Positions 1 through 13,646 of a DNA stretch of 64,000 nt are shown here, piece after piece (within the stretch, counting starts at the first letter, position 1; the number at the start of each line of letters is the position of its first letter). Where the stretch lies: NCBI GenBank assembly GCA_010093605.1, contig MU004197.1:186001-250000 (forward strand). Direction: 5' to 3'. A model generated the notes under the pieces. It saw only the letters and a program-made list of their open reading frames with translations, did not search any database and was not told the origin of the DNA. This DNA is from Lophium mytilinum. Its lineage: Eukaryota. The position numbers and the translations under genes are program-made.

Positions 1-3000
1 GCCCGACCAGAAGAGCCTCTAAAAGCTCTTTTGATCAACAAGGTACCAGAGCCGGCATACATGAACCACGCGCTTAGTACTTTTCGACACCGTATCACAC
101 AGATCGTCAAGCACTATAACGACACGTATAGGGACTTCAAGGATTCGGAGGGGCTGGCCGTCAATCTTGACGATATCATCATGCAATTCGTGGATTCCTG
201 GCTCAAAGCAATTGCCTTGGAGGCCAACGGGCAGGACGAGCCTTTTAGGGTGATTGAGCACCGAGGCGCGCAAGTTCTGCATCATCTCTCGACAGCCACC
301 AAAAGCGAATGGGCTGTAATGGTTTTTGAATACACGTCGTCAGGCGGTGAAGTTATCTTGCCAGCTTTAGACACCCCTATAATGACACAAGGCGGCGGCG
401 TAAACACTGGTTCGGACCCTGGCGTGGCGACGGGCATTGGCCCTGTGGGTGGACAAAGAGGATTTGTTGCGACTGACGACGAAGTCAAAATGCATGGCGA
501 GGGAATGGAGCGTAATGGGATACACTATTCCAACTGGGTCCTCCAGGGAAATGACGCTCTTTTCCAACATGTCAGCAATAGATATTACGACGAACTCGAA
601 CGGCTTGTATTATCTAAGAATGACCAGCACCGAGAGCTGGTTGATCGCCAGGGTAGGCCGCTCAACTTGGACATGATGGGCTCGTCCTTTATGCTAAAAC
701 TTCTTGACGACATCGCCCACAGAGCAGTCAAAGGCAACGAGCTCCCCAGTATTAAAGCCGACGCAAACGCAATATGTCGGAGAATTGAGCGGATGGGCGC
801 TACTGAGTGGCAGGCAACGCTGCAGGACTTTGTTGATAGAACTGGCGCGAGGAAGCTTCCGGATATGCCTGATTCTGTTCAGGCGGAAAAGCAAGCGGAA
901 GTGCCTCAAACTCCCAAAACATCCTCAAAGAACACTTCCACGCCGAAGGCCAGACCGCCTCCGACTGGCACCTTGTTCAAGCATGAAGCCAAACCAGTTT
1001 ACCGCAGTCATGCCCACAAAAAAAGTGGCAACGCTCTCAAAAAGATCGCCAAGGAAAAGAACAAGCTGTTTCGAGTTCCTGGCTTAGGAGAAACGGGTGC
1101 TCTGAACCTAGATGGCATGGAAGATAGTTTTGTCGATTTCCTCTGTGACACGATTGCAATGCAAGCCAAGGGCAAGAACGTATTCGAAAATCAATTCGAG
1201 GAGGTTGAGGCAAGGGGCTACCAGATGGTAAGGGAATTAAAAGATTCTAGCGCCGAACAGTGGGCCGCGTGGGTGCAAAGATACCACGACCGCCTTCTCG
1301 TCGCTCCAGCATCTTCTGGTTTACGCCCTGTGCAAATTCAAGGATCATTCGCGAAGAATGAGACTGAGGAAAACATGCGAGCAGTGTACTTCCCCCGTCT
1401 CCTTGCCTTGGTGAAATCTAAGAACGAACAATACCAAGGGCAAGTCGATAGCTTCGGCAGACCACGAAGCATTCATGCCAAAGAGTTCAACCGTATGGCA
1501 AAGCTGATTCTCGACCGGATAACGACAAGGGTACAGCAAAATGGATCCGCAGACTATAAGAGCAATGCGGACAACGTCATCCAAGAGTACGAAGAAGACG
1601 AGGGCGGCCACAGCTGGGAAGGCTTGTTACGAGGTCTTCGCGCCCCACAAAATCAGCGTCCAAGCATCATATCACCGGCAACACCCACAGCACTTGCAAC
1701 CCCGTCTACGCCCCTATCTAATTCCAACAATCCATACCCCACTCACTCAGGAAACTGGCAGACGGAGGCCAGCCGCACGCACCAAGCCAACGCAATCGCT
1801 CAAAAGTACAAAGGCTATGTCGACACATCTGCGTCGGGTGACGACGCGCTTGTTGACTTCTGCAAAGTCGTCGAGGGACAGGCCTTCAAGCGCGCTAACG
1901 GCTCCTACGATGGCTACAAATTCGAAGTGAAGAAGGCACTGAACAGCGCTGCTGAAAAGGTGCGCAACATGTGGCAAAAGGAGCGTATTAAACAGACCGA
2001 TAGAGACTGGAAAAAGGTTGATGAGGGTCTCCGCGCAACTGTGGTGAATATGAACGTCCAACATGGGCATAGAACCAATCAGGAAGGTCGGTCGTTCATG
2101 CTGGATGATGATCAGGCGAACCTTTTCGTGAAATGGGCTATTTGGCAGATAAATCACGAAGTTACTAAAATAGGGGGCGTCGTGACTGTCCCGAGACTCA
2201 GCAGAGCTGGCCAGAACTTGATCAAGAAGCTACGGACTGGAGAGTATAATTGGGCGGACACGTTGGCGAACTTCTGGGCTCAGACCGGTGAAGCCAGTGA
2301 GACTGGTTTTAAGACACAGAGTCTTACTGCTGCCCCGCCAACTGCCGTTGCTCCTGGTCCTACGACTTCCCATCCCTATACTCCTACTCTTCCATCTGCG
2401 TTTGCTCCTACTCCTGTACCTGGCGTTCTCGTCGCTCCTCCAACTGCCTTTACTCCCGCTCCTCCAGCTGGCGTTTCTGTTGCTCCTCCACCTACCGTTG
2501 TTCCTGTTTCTTTCCCCGCAAATAACATCCAACTAACGCAGCAGCAACAGGACCCTACCCCTGCTCCCAATGATCAAACCAAGATGCCTCCACCTCCGAT
2601 TCGAGCCAGTGATCCGAATCCTCCTCACCTTCACGACTGGACCATGCCGATGAGGCGCAAATTCCAAGGCAGGACGATCCAGAAGGCCTTCAAGAACCAC
2701 CTCGACCAGTCCGAGTGGAATGAAATAGAACTTGAAAAGCTCGCTGAAGCAATCGAGAGACTCGCCTTCACGTGCGCCAAGGACGATTTCGCAATTTATG
2801 CCCGAAAAATGTACCTGGTCAAGTGCGCGCCTGCAGAACGGATCCGAACCATCTGGGCGAAGCACTGCGAGAACACAGCAGGAACCGCAGCGGCCGAGCT
2901 TGCGATTGAAGAGTATTGTCCGCAGTTCGAGGCGGATCTACGTACACTCATCGGCGTTATGAATGGTCGGCACGGGTATAAGACTAATCGGGAAGGATTC

Positions 3001-3615
3001 TCACTACGGCTTGATGAAACAGACGCGGCTGCGTTCCACAAGTGGACTATTCAACAGATCAACGAGCAGCTTAAGCGAGAAGGAGGCAGTTTCTCGGTCG
3101 CGGACTATCAGCGCCTTGGCGAGCAGGTAGTTCGTGAGCTGTGGGAAGAGCGACGCGATTGGGGATCGGTTTTGGAGGAATTCTGGACGTCTGCCGGCCC
3201 GAATGGGAGCGGGATGCAGATCGACATTACATCATCTGCTTTTCCAATACCCACTGCCGTTCAGCAGCCACAGGTGCAGCAGAACCCTAATCCTACTCCT
3301 CTAGCTACGAAGGCTGGTGAGCAGTTACGGCAGGACTCTACTACTTCTCCTCCACCAATGCATTTCAACCCCGACAAGGAGCGCGACGACCAGAGAAAGA
3401 TACTAAGGGAAAAACTAGAGAAAGTGGCAGGCGAACGACTAGAGTCTGCCGGGCCGTTGGCACTTCACCTCGAAATCAAGATGTACGAGGATTCCGGGCG
3501 CGATATCGTGAAGTACCGGAGGCTCATCAAGTATGAGAATGTCACAGAAAGGAACTTCGACAAGTGGCATGAAGAGTTTATGAACTCTGATAGTGACGAT
3601 ACTATGGCGGGCTGA
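1..3615 (+). CDS. Large hypothetical protein (5' end probably outside window) with six ~85-aa helical repeats, two or three KIX/TFIIS-M-like helical modules and Pro/Thr/Ala-rich linkers
   Basis: Frame is open from base 1 to TGA at 3613-3615 (1194 aa in ORF track; first ATG at 61). Internal repeats visible in the translation. Confidence 0.8.
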   Translation, partial: ARPEEPLKALLINKVPEPAYMNHALSTFRHRITQIVKHYNDTYRDFKDSEGLAVNLDDIIMQFVDSWLKAIALEANGQDEPFRVIEHRGAQVLHHLSTATKSEWAVMVFEYTSSGGEVILPALDTPIMTQGGGVNTGSDPGVATGIGPVGGQRGFVATDDEVKMHGEGMERNGIHYSNWVLQGNDALFQHVSNRYYDELERLVLSKNDQHRELVDRQGRPLNLDMMGSSFMLKLLDDIAHRAVKGNELPSIKADANAICRRIERMGATEWQATLQDFVDRTGARKLPDMPDSVQAEKQAEVPQTPKTSSKNTSTPKARPPPTGTLFKHEAKPVYRSHAHKKSGNALKKIAKEKNKLFRVPGLGETGALNLDGMEDSFVDFLCDTIAMQAKGKNVFENQFEEVEARGYQMVRELKDSSAEQWAAWVQRYHDRLLVAPASSGLRPVQIQGSFAKNETEENMRAVYFPRLLALVKSKNEQYQGQVDSFGRPRSIHAKEFNRMAKLILDRITTRVQQNGSADYKSNADNVIQEYEEDEGGHSWEGLLRGLRAPQNQRPSIISPATPTALATPSTPLSNSNNPYPTHSGNWQTEASRTHQANAIAQKYKGYVDTSASGDDALVDFCKVVEGQAFKRANGSYDGYKFEVKKALNSAAEKVRNMWQKERIKQTDRDWKKVDEGLRATVVNMNVQHGHRTNQEGRSFMLDDDQANLFVKWAIWQINHEVTKIGGVVTVPRLSRAGQNLIKKLRTGEYNWADTLANFWAQTGEASETGFKTQSLTAAPPTAVAPGPTTSHPYTPTLPSAFAPTPVPGVLVAPPTAFTPAPPAGVSVAPPPTVVPVSFPANNIQLTQQQQDPTPAPNDQTKMPPPPIRASDPNPPHLHDWTMPMRRKFQGRTIQKAFKNHLDQSEWNEIELEKLAEAIERLAFTCAKDDFAIYARKMYLVKCAPAERIRTIWAKHCENTAGTAAAELAIEEYCPQFEADLRTLIGVMNGRHGYKTNREGFSLRLDETDAAAFHKWTIQQINEQLKREGGSFSVADYQRLGEQVVRELWEERRDWGSVLEEFWTSAGPNGSGMQIDITSSAFPIPTAVQQPQVQQNPNPTPLATKAGEQLRQDSTTSPPPMHFNPDKERDDQRKILREKLEKVAGERLESAGPLALHLEIKMYEDSGRDIVKYRRLIKYENVTERNFDKWHEEFMNSDSDDTMAG

Positions 3616-4089
3616 ACTGGGTAGTAAGTGTTGAAGCGGTCGGTTTCGCTGAAGCGGTTGGAATTGGCGTCTACAGTAACAAATCATAAGCCTGTGCAGC
3701 CGTGATATTCGTGCGCCCAGCCTTATGGCCTACTGCTGTAGCGCCTCGAAGATTGAGAAGGCGAAGTGCGAGGTTTGGCATAGAGCATCGTTGTTGTCTT
3801 TTCTTTCTGTTTATTTTGCTTCTGCGTATTTACCGCGTTGTATTGATTTCTCAAATGCCCCTCGCGCTACTCATAAAGGTACTAGATGGCGTGATCGTTA
3901 TAGAGAGTAACGAAGATGTAGAATATTAGGTCCATTAGAATGGAGCCAATCAGAATCTAACATTGTCGAGATGACGAAAATTGCGCGGACCAATCAGAGG
4001 CACCCCATTGCGGACCTCATAGTCTTATAAATATTAATACTAACTAGAACAAACTATATATAAAAAGTACCCCGCGTAGCATTACTAGG

Positions 4090-4190
4090 GGGGGCTAGTA
4101 CTAGTACACCCCCTAATTAGTATAAGTATACCCCCTTTTTAGTATATATATACCCTCTATCTTATCTAGTCTTCTAGTTAGCCTAGAGGG
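4090..4190 (+). repeat. Left TIR of outer MULE (~100 bp, RIP-mutated)
   Basis: Reverse complement of 17222-17322, differing mainly by CA>TA / TG>TA changes. Confidence 0.9.
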
Positions 4191-4700
4191 CTTAGAATAC
4201 TTCTCTAGTGCTTTATAATAAGGCTATATAGCCTTTCTATTTTATTATATATTCTTACTATTTTAAATAGACTATACTTAGCTATATATAAAGCTATAGA
4301 TAAAACTATATATATAGGCTATATATAAGGCTATATATAAGGCTATAGTTATAGTAAGGCTATATAGTATATCTATTTTACTATATATACTTTCTATTTT
4401 CTATAGTATATATAGGCTATTATATTACTACTTATATATCTATATATCTATAAGTATACTAAAATAGTTAAATTCTTACCTTATTATAGCCTCTCTATAT
4501 TAAATCTAGCCCCTCTATATTACCTCTATATTTCTCTAGCTATTTTAATCTATTAATGCCTCTATATACTAATTATATAATACTATCTAATATTAGAGCT
4601 TCTTAATAGAAAGTAGTATAGGCGCTATCTAAGGCTAAAAAGTAGGCTAAGGCTAAGAAGTAGGCTAAGCGCTATTATAATACTATATAGCCTCTCTCTA

Positions 4701-4917
4701 TATTATATTATTTCTTAGTATTCTCTTAGTAGTTATTAAGGCTAGAAGTTATTATATGCACGGACGTTACGTAATCTCTAGGCTAAGAGTTCTTCCGGCG
4801 CCCGGGGTTCTACCGGCGCGCACTTATCTATATAGTAGGCTTATAGCTAGAGCCTCTCTTTTTTCTATATAACCTTATTAATAGAAATATAACTTCTTTC
4901 TAGCTATAAACCTAATA
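4701..4917 (+). repeat. 5' LTR
   Basis: Direct repeat of 14500-14716; TG...CA termini converted to TA...TA by RIP. Confidence 0.9.
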
Positions 4918-5080
4918 CTAGGTTGCATTATTCTTTAAAACCTAGAAATATAGAAATATAGAAACCTTAATTTCTTTTTATATAGCTATACTACTATACG
5001 CGCGCGCACCTATATAGATGCTACTAGCTTTAAAATTTAGCTATATAATTACTAACCTTAAAACTAATACGTTTTCTTTT

Positions 5081-5112
<32 letters not shown>

Positions 5113-8100
5113 AATACTCTCTTCTTATTTTCTATACTATATAAAGCCTAGGCCTTACTATAAATAACTAGGTATAACTAACTACCTTAATAATACGCCT
5201 AGTAGATAACTCTATAACTCTAATATTCTATAAGGTAAGGGGGGGGTTAGTTACTAGAATATTAAGAAGATATAGAATAATACTTAGGGCGATATCTTTA
5301 AAGAAGCGGATAAGGAAGTACTACTAGTAAATCTTAACTACTTAGCCTTATATATAAAGAATTAATAAAACCGTCTAACTAAGTAGCGTAAGTGCATTAG
5401 CAAGCTACTTAATATAGCTATAGTAGAGGCGCTTAATACCTAGAACTTCTATACTATTAGAGTAGACTTCTAGAATACTAAAAGCCCTATTACCTTTAAC
5501 CTCCTTCTAGATTTATATAATATTAAGAACCTAACTATAAAGCTAGAAGGTACTATATTCTAGAGCTTATTTAAGTTCTATTAATAGGTAAACTCTAAGC
5601 TACTTAAAGCCTTTAAACTACTATACGCGCTAGTTAAGAGTACTAATATCTATATTAATAACTACAGTACTAGCTTAGAGAAATAGAAATACACGTCTAT
5701 AAACCTTTATAAGAAGTTTAATAATATAGATAAGAAACTTAGAAACTTAAAGATTTAGCTTAATAACTCTAAGCTTAGCCTCTAGGCTATATAAGCCTAC
5801 GCATATAACCTCTAATAATAATAGTAATAGTCTAAATCTACTAAAATAATATCTAAAAAACCCGTTTATTTTAATAATAATAAGCGGCGCGATAATAACG
5901 TTAACTATTAGCGGATAAACGGCGGGGCTGGAGGATAACCCCTAGGTAGGCCTAATAACTTTAGTTATAATAGTAATAATAATAATACCTATACGGAGCC
6001 TATATATACTCCTCCTACTCTATATATAAACCTCTATAGTAGCGGTAACTAAGCCTACCGCTCCGCCTCTCTATATAATAAATAATTAGATAACTAATAT
6101 TATAATAATAGCTACTATAATAGCTGTACTCTACTATATACTTAGCTACTATTATTAATATTCTACTAGCGCACCTACTACTGGCCGGACCTAGTTATAT
6201 TTAATAGAGAGGACCTAGATGCATATCTAATCTAGTATAGTAAGGTTCTTGCTAAGATTTACTACGCCTTTTCTAATAAGATAGATAACTATAAGCTTAA
6301 TTATATTAAGAGCGTTCTCTTAGGCGGACTCTTTAAGTATATTTAGATATACTGCTATAATTAGGTTATCTATAATAAGATTAACGCCCTCTATTCTCTA
6401 GATAATAGATATAGTAAATATAATATTAAGGCTAAGGCCCTAATATAGCTAGAAACTTTTTATATAGGTAATAATTTATTTACTATATTCTATAACTATT
6501 TTCTAGATATTACTAGTAACCTTAACTAGAGGGCCGCTAAGCTTATCTATTAGTTTAAGATATATCTTATACTATACCTATAATCTAAGCTTATTAATAG
6601 AGTAATATATAATTACTTTAATAACTTTATATAATATATCTATACTATAGATATATAGAATATAGCCTTCTAGTAAGCTAAGAAGTATAATACCCTTATC
6701 TTTTAGCCCTATTAGGTTACGGCATTAACTACGCCTACTTAATTAACCCGCGGCCGTGGCCGCGGCCGTAGCGGCTACTTATCTACGCCTACTATAGGTG
6801 CTAATACTATAACTATAACTATAATAACTTCTTCTATAACTTTATTAACTACTCTGCGTATATCTACTATTATAGCTATAGCTAGTATAGAATAATACTT
6901 ACGCGCTATAAATCTAGCGGATAAACTAGTATATATTTAGAGTATTAGTAAGCTTACTAAAGCTAATAAGGAGAGGACGCGCGCAGCGGGCGCTTATAAC
7001 CGCTGCCGCTGCGTTAGTTATTACGCAGTAGATAATAACTGCCCTCTTTAAAACTTCTCTATCTAGATAACTAGCGGCCTTTCTCTCCGCGCCACTAATA
7101 CTATATTTTCTAGCTAGGAAAATAAGTAGTTCTTAAGTATAGTTGCGCCTAAGAACCTATTATAATTAATTATAAACTAGAATATACCCCGTTATTAACC
7201 CTATTATTAACCCCGTTATTAACCCTGTTATCTACCCCCTATTCTATACTAACTTTCTTTAAGTACGGCGACTCTATTTCTACTAATAACCTTCTAGAAC
7301 TATAAAAGAAGGCCTAGAAACTATATAAAAGCTATTATAGAGGCACTAAATATAGAATATCTAAAAAGTATAAAATAAAAGTAGTAGAACCTCTACTATA
7401 ATTTAACACGCTCTTCTAGCTATAGAAAGTGCTAGAGTATATTAAGAATAATAAGAACTAGCTAGAACTTTATATTTCTGCAATAGCTATTATATATACT
7501 TAGCACGACATTATAAAGCTCTAGCTAAAGAAAGGTAGTTAGTACTTACTTTCTTATTCTATAGCCTTAGATAGTAATTAAATTATTTATACTTACTCTC
7601 TCTCTAATAATAGTGTAATATTCTCTTTTATTAATTAATTATTTACGCGTAAATATAAAATTTATTAAATTCCTCTTAATTTACCTTACTATCTTACCTA
7701 TATTAATAACTCTAACTTCTCTTAGTCTATTATATACGCTGTAATTATTAATATTACTATAGGCTTATATATAGAATAGCTAGTCTACTATATTACTAAC
7801 CTAGAATATGTTTCTCTAGTTCTGGGTATAGATTAGTATAAAACCTATAACCTAGAAATTAACTTTATTAAGAAAAGCTTCTACTTTTATTAGTTATAAT
7901 GCTATAATCTATACTGCTATTATAATAGCATACTAGCTAAAATATACTATAAAGAAGCTCTATCTTATATAGCTAGACCTAATAAGCTTTAGTCTATATT
8001 CTTATTTATAATATCTATTAGTTTAATAGAATACTATATCTAACACGCTAAGCCTAAGGACCTTATTTAGATCTATAGACTAGAGTTTATCCCTAAGCTA

Positions 8101-10830
8101 GATAACTCTCTATTTAATACGCCCGCGATTAGACACGTTATTAGTGTTCCGGAGAACAATAGCACGCTTAAACTGCACGCTCTTAGCGTTAATAAATATA
8201 ATAAGTTTATAAAGAAATATAGGGCGTATTTATTAGATAAACTATAGAAATAATTAAATAAGCGTTTCCACCCTTAGGTTAATATATAGTTATAATAGGA
8301 AGCTAGAAATCTACCTCTATACTATAACTATAACTATGTAATTCTTCTATAGCTAGACGCTCTATTATCTAAATATAAGACCCGAGCTATATTAGAGAAG
8401 AAGAACTGCATTATCTATAATAAGCTTTAGAAGCTATTAGGTAATAGTTTTATTAAGAATAGTAATTCTTCTACGCATGCACCTATACTACTTATTAAGA
8501 AACTAGATAGAACTTATTAGTTCTATATTAACTACTATAGCCTTAACGCTATTACTATAAAAAACTAATACCTAATTTCTATTATCTAAGAGATACTTAA
8601 CCGCCTCTATAAAGCTAAGTAGTACACTAAGCTAGATATTATCTTAGCTTTTAACCGCGTCTACATTAAACCTAGTAATAAATAGAAAATAGCTTTTATT
8701 ACCCGCTATAGAATATTTTAATCTAAAGTCTTAGAATTTAGTATATATAATAGCCCCGGCACCTTCTAGATATTTATTAATAACATTCTCTATAAGTATT
8801 TAGATAACTTCTATTTAGCCTATATAGATAATATACTAGTATTTATAGATAGAATAGAAGAGAAATATATTACGCATATATAAAAGGTACTAGACTAACT
8901 ATATAAAGCAGGCCTATACCTTAATATTAATAAATATAAATTCCTTATTAAGTGTATTAAGTACCTCGGCCTTATTATTATAACTAAGGGCGTTGAAATA
9001 GACTAGAAGAAAGTTAAGGCTATTACTAAATAGGCTACCCCTACCTATCTTAAAAACGTCTAGGCCTTTCTAGGCCTAGCTAACTTCTATAGGTAATTTA
9101 TATAAGGCTTTTCGCAACTATATAAGCTACTTACTAACCTCTTATAAAAAGAACTAGACGGGCGCATTTATTTTAAATAGATATTAGGCTACTAGAAAGC
9201 TTTTAATAACCTTAAAATAGCGTTTACTACCGCCCTCTATCTTAAATACTTTAACCCCAACTAGAAATTATATATTAAGATAGACGCGTTTAATTATATA
9301 GCTATAGGAGTCTTTTCTTAGCTATATAATAATAGAATATAGCACCCGGTTACTTTCTACTCTTATAAGATAATACTAGCGGAGTGCAACTATAAGATCT
9401 ATAATAAGAAGTTGCTTGCTATTATTCTAGCTTTTAAGAAATAGAAACTATAGTATTAAGATAATAGATACTAGAACCCTATATAAGTACTAATAGATTA
9501 TTAAAACCTATTATACTTTATAATAATCTAATAACTAAACTAGTAGTAGATGCGCTAGCTCTAGATTCTCTTAGAAATTAACTACATTCTAATATACTAA
9601 CCTGGCCGTCTTAGAACTAAACTAGATAGTCTTACCTGTTATAGTTAGAACCTTCTATAATCTAATAATAATAAATAACTTCTATTCTAATAGTAAACTA
9701 TTATTAAGATAAAGAACCTCGCCTTAAAAGTATTAAAAGAGCTCTAGCTCCGCACTATAGGCGTTATAGAGGTAAATTATAACTAACCTCTATATAAGCT
9801 TATTAAGAAGGCCTATAATATAGATAAAAGCGCTTTCTAAGAAGATAGTAATAACCTAGATAATAAGTTAGATAACTACCTAGTCTACTATATTATAGCG
9901 CTTAAGTAATAAGGTAATTAAAAGCTTCCATATAATATCCTAAAAGATAAACGCGTCTAACTATTAATAAGTAAGTTAGAAGTTACTAATAATAAGCTAT
10001 AGGTCCTCTATAAGGACTCTTAATAACTATTTATACCCTAATTAGCCGCCCTCTAGTTAAGAATCTTATAGCTTAGTTATAACTACACTAGCGCAGAATA
10101 TAGAGAATATGCAGACTATCTATAATAAATTCGCCTAAGCTACTACTAGCCTAGGTTTACTAAATTAATTATAAAATATATTAACGCCTATTAGCGTTAC
10201 TATAATATTAAGCCTTCTAACTTTACTAAGTAAGGCTTCTTGCGCCTCTTACCTATTCCTCTCCACCGCTAGCGCGATATTATAATAGACTATATTATTA
10301 ACTTACCTATCTATAAGTATTACGGCTATAAATATTACTATATACTTATTATAATTAATAGGTTATCTAAAGAATACTATTTTATTACTATTATATTACT
10401 AGAAGTAGATAAGCTTACTAAGGTCTATTTCTAATAGATCTACTAACTCTATAGGCTACTAGCGTCTATTACTAGTAATCTAGAAATATAGTTTACCTTT
10501 AAGTTCTAGTAATACCTCTACTATTAGTTATAATTATTACTTAATATATCTATAGCGTTCCACCCGGAAATAGATAGTTAGATAGAAATTACTAATACTA
10601 ATATAAAGAAGTATCTATAAGCCTATATTAACTATATATAGAATAATTAGTATAACCTATTACCCTCTATAGAACTAGTAGCTAATACTTATATCTTAGT
10701 AATAATAGAACTATTACTATTCTTTACTAATTATAGGTATACTCTACGCTTAGAACTAGAGCTACCTATAGTTAAAGATAAGAAGATATCTAAGAATAAG
10801 AAAATTAAATGTAAGCTAGCTAATAATATA

Positions 10831-13646
10831 GCTAGTACTATATATATAACCCCTTTTTACTATCTATATAATATTGTATTGCTACATGCACTACCCCCCC
10901 CCCGGTAGACCTTTTACCGCGTTTTAATTAGCTTACTTATTAGGCTAACTACTCTAGAGTATAGATAGATTCTAAATGCGTATTAGAATTAAACTTAATT
11001 ACCTACTTCTATACCTACTCCTCCACCTCTATTACTATAGAGAAACTACTTACTAAGCTACGCCCGCCTCTAGATAGCTATTATAATACTATTAAGGCCG
11101 CCGAGCGCTCTCTCTACCTCTACATAATAAAGGAAGGCTATAGAATCGTCTAATAGCGCTTATATAATAATACCGCGGGAGAAATTTATTAAATTATAGT
11201 ATAATGCGATTATAGTAGTAAGCTTTTAGGCATAGAATTACGTGTACAAAACTATTCCTCTAAGTATACTAACTGCTAGTTCCTTAGTAATATACGTATA
11301 GTTAAAGGTAGGTACTACTATACTATAAAAGAAGGCTATAAAGAGTATAATTATAAGCTATTTCTAGATAATAGCCTACTAGCTATTTATTAGAAGCGTA
11401 CACCTTCTATAGTAGTAGAAATACATTATTAAATTAATTCTAAAGTAGCTCTAGATGCTATCCTTAACGGCCTCCTATTAAGTAGATAGAAACTTAATAT
11501 AAAAGACGTCTATAATAAGAAATATAAGTATAAAAAGAAGCGGCTTAGTAGCCTTACGCCTATATAGGCGCTACTCTAATAGCTAGAAATATATAGAGAA
11601 CTAAGCGGTAAGAAATATAAGTATAGCTTTCTCCTAGATAAGGTAAAACGGGTTACTTATCTCTTTTTTATTTACCCTAACAGCCTCTAAATATTTAAGA
11701 AGAATCTAGATATTCTACTGCTAGACTATATATATAAAATAAATTATTTCCTTATACTAATATTATATATTATTAGAGTAACATCCTCTAATAAGAACTT
11801 TAAGATAGGCTACGCGTTTCTAGCTAGTAAAATAGAAGGTAACTACCTTTTTATTATTACAGCTCTCTAGGAGCTCTATAAGTAGCTAGGTATTAGGCCT
11901 TATATATTTATTACTAATAAAGAGGAAGCTCTTAAGAACGCGCTTATATAGTACTTTTCTAGAGTTAAATAGGTTCTATATAAATAGCATGTTATAAAGA
12001 ATATTAAATTAAAAGCTATAAAGGTATAGAAGAAGGATAAATAGAGTTTACTTACTATACTAGAAATACGTAAGGGAGAAGAAGGCCCTACACTAGAGTA
12101 GCTTAAAGTAGTAGAGGCGGATTACGCTATATTTCTATATACCTAGAATAAGCTCCTACTTATTAAATTTATTAATAACTTTACGGCTAGCTAGAAGGAA
12201 CTAATTAATAAGTATACACTAATTAAACTAAGCCTAGCTAGCTACCTTATAGAGGAATAGGCACTATACTAGACTTAATTTCCTAACTATTAGATTAGAA
12301 AGTACCTTTACTACAGTAACGTAGTTACCTTACGCCTAGAGGGGTTATATAGCTACCTTAAAAAGAGCCTTTAGAACGCTAGAGGTAACCTATATAATAT
12401 AGTAAGCGTAATTAATAACCTTATTTAATAGTAATATAATAAGCTAGAAAATAAGCGCGTATAAAGCTTATAGAGTACACTAATTAATCTTAAGCTACCT
12501 AAATTTAAATACCTCCTAGGTAAGGTAACGTCTTAGGGGCTATAGCTACTATAGAAGTAGCTTTAACTAGCTAAGAAGAATAACTTTACCTTAGTATGCT
12601 CCGGCAACTTTAAGAGTACCTATAGCATGCCTTATTATTATAAACTATACTAAGAATTACACTATATAGCGACTAATATCTATAAAATTATACTAGAATT
12701 AGTTAATAGGTACTAGCTATTTATATAGCCTAGCGCTAAGCCTTAGCTAGCCTCTAAGCTACCCCCTATTAACTTTCTATTACTTATCTAACAGCCTCTA
12801 GTTGTATAATAACGTAAGGGCAGGCCAGCTAAAAAGGCTAATAGCTACTCTACTTAATAAGAGCCCTCCGGCTTTAAGATTATAGAGTAAAATAATCTAG
12901 TAAATAGAGCCCGTATAGCTCTTAGTAGAAGTAGGCGCAGTAGCTAACTAGCGGGCATGCAGCAAGAGCCTATAATAATACCTGCGTAGCTAAATATAGA
13001 GGGCTTAGGTTAATAGGTAACTATTAAGAGTACTACGGCGTTAATAGCTATATTAATAGCTACTTAGCAGCTTACGGCGTTAATAGCTGTGTTAATAGCT
13101 ACTTAGTAGCCTAGAAAGCGCGGCAGGCTACTAAAAAACTTAATACTAGGCCCTTCTATAAAGAAGCGACGTGCGAATATAAAGGTAGACCTTAAGTAGA
13201 AGATTACCCTACTAGAAGCATAGGTAAGGGGTTTACAGCCTGTTATAGAAAGTATAACGTAGTTAATAGCCCCGCCGCAGCCTTATAAGGCGGTTAATAA
13301 GGAATTTAATAAGTATGCAGAGGACCTTATTAATAAGGACTTTATATAGGTGCTTATAGGCTAGCGGCGATAGAGAGAGGGCCGCTATTAGATATAAAAT
13401 TAACAGTTTAGGTATACTTCTAGATAAGTAGGCATGTAGGTATATAGCTATATATAAAATAGTAAGGCTATATAGCCTATATATTAAACGGGAAGGCTAT
13501 ATATAAATTTAGTAAATAACTAGAGCTTCCTCTAAGCCCTCTAAGCTAATTAAAACGCGGTAAAAGGTCTACCGGGGGGAGGGTAGTGCGTGTAGTAATA
13601 TAATATTATATAGGTAGTAAAAAGGGGTTATATATATAGTACTAGC
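10831..13646 (+). mobile_element. Second Mutator/MULE DNA transposon inserted in the Gypsy integrase region, RIP-inactivated
   Basis: ~105-bp TIRs (10831-10935 / 13542-13646). Duplicated target TAATAATATA (or the 8-bp core AATAATAT) on both sides. Plus-strand relic NLDILLLDYIYKINYFL...IGYAFL (~11703-11822) and FITNKEEALKNAL...LYK*HVIKN (~11907-12003). Confidence 0.9.
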
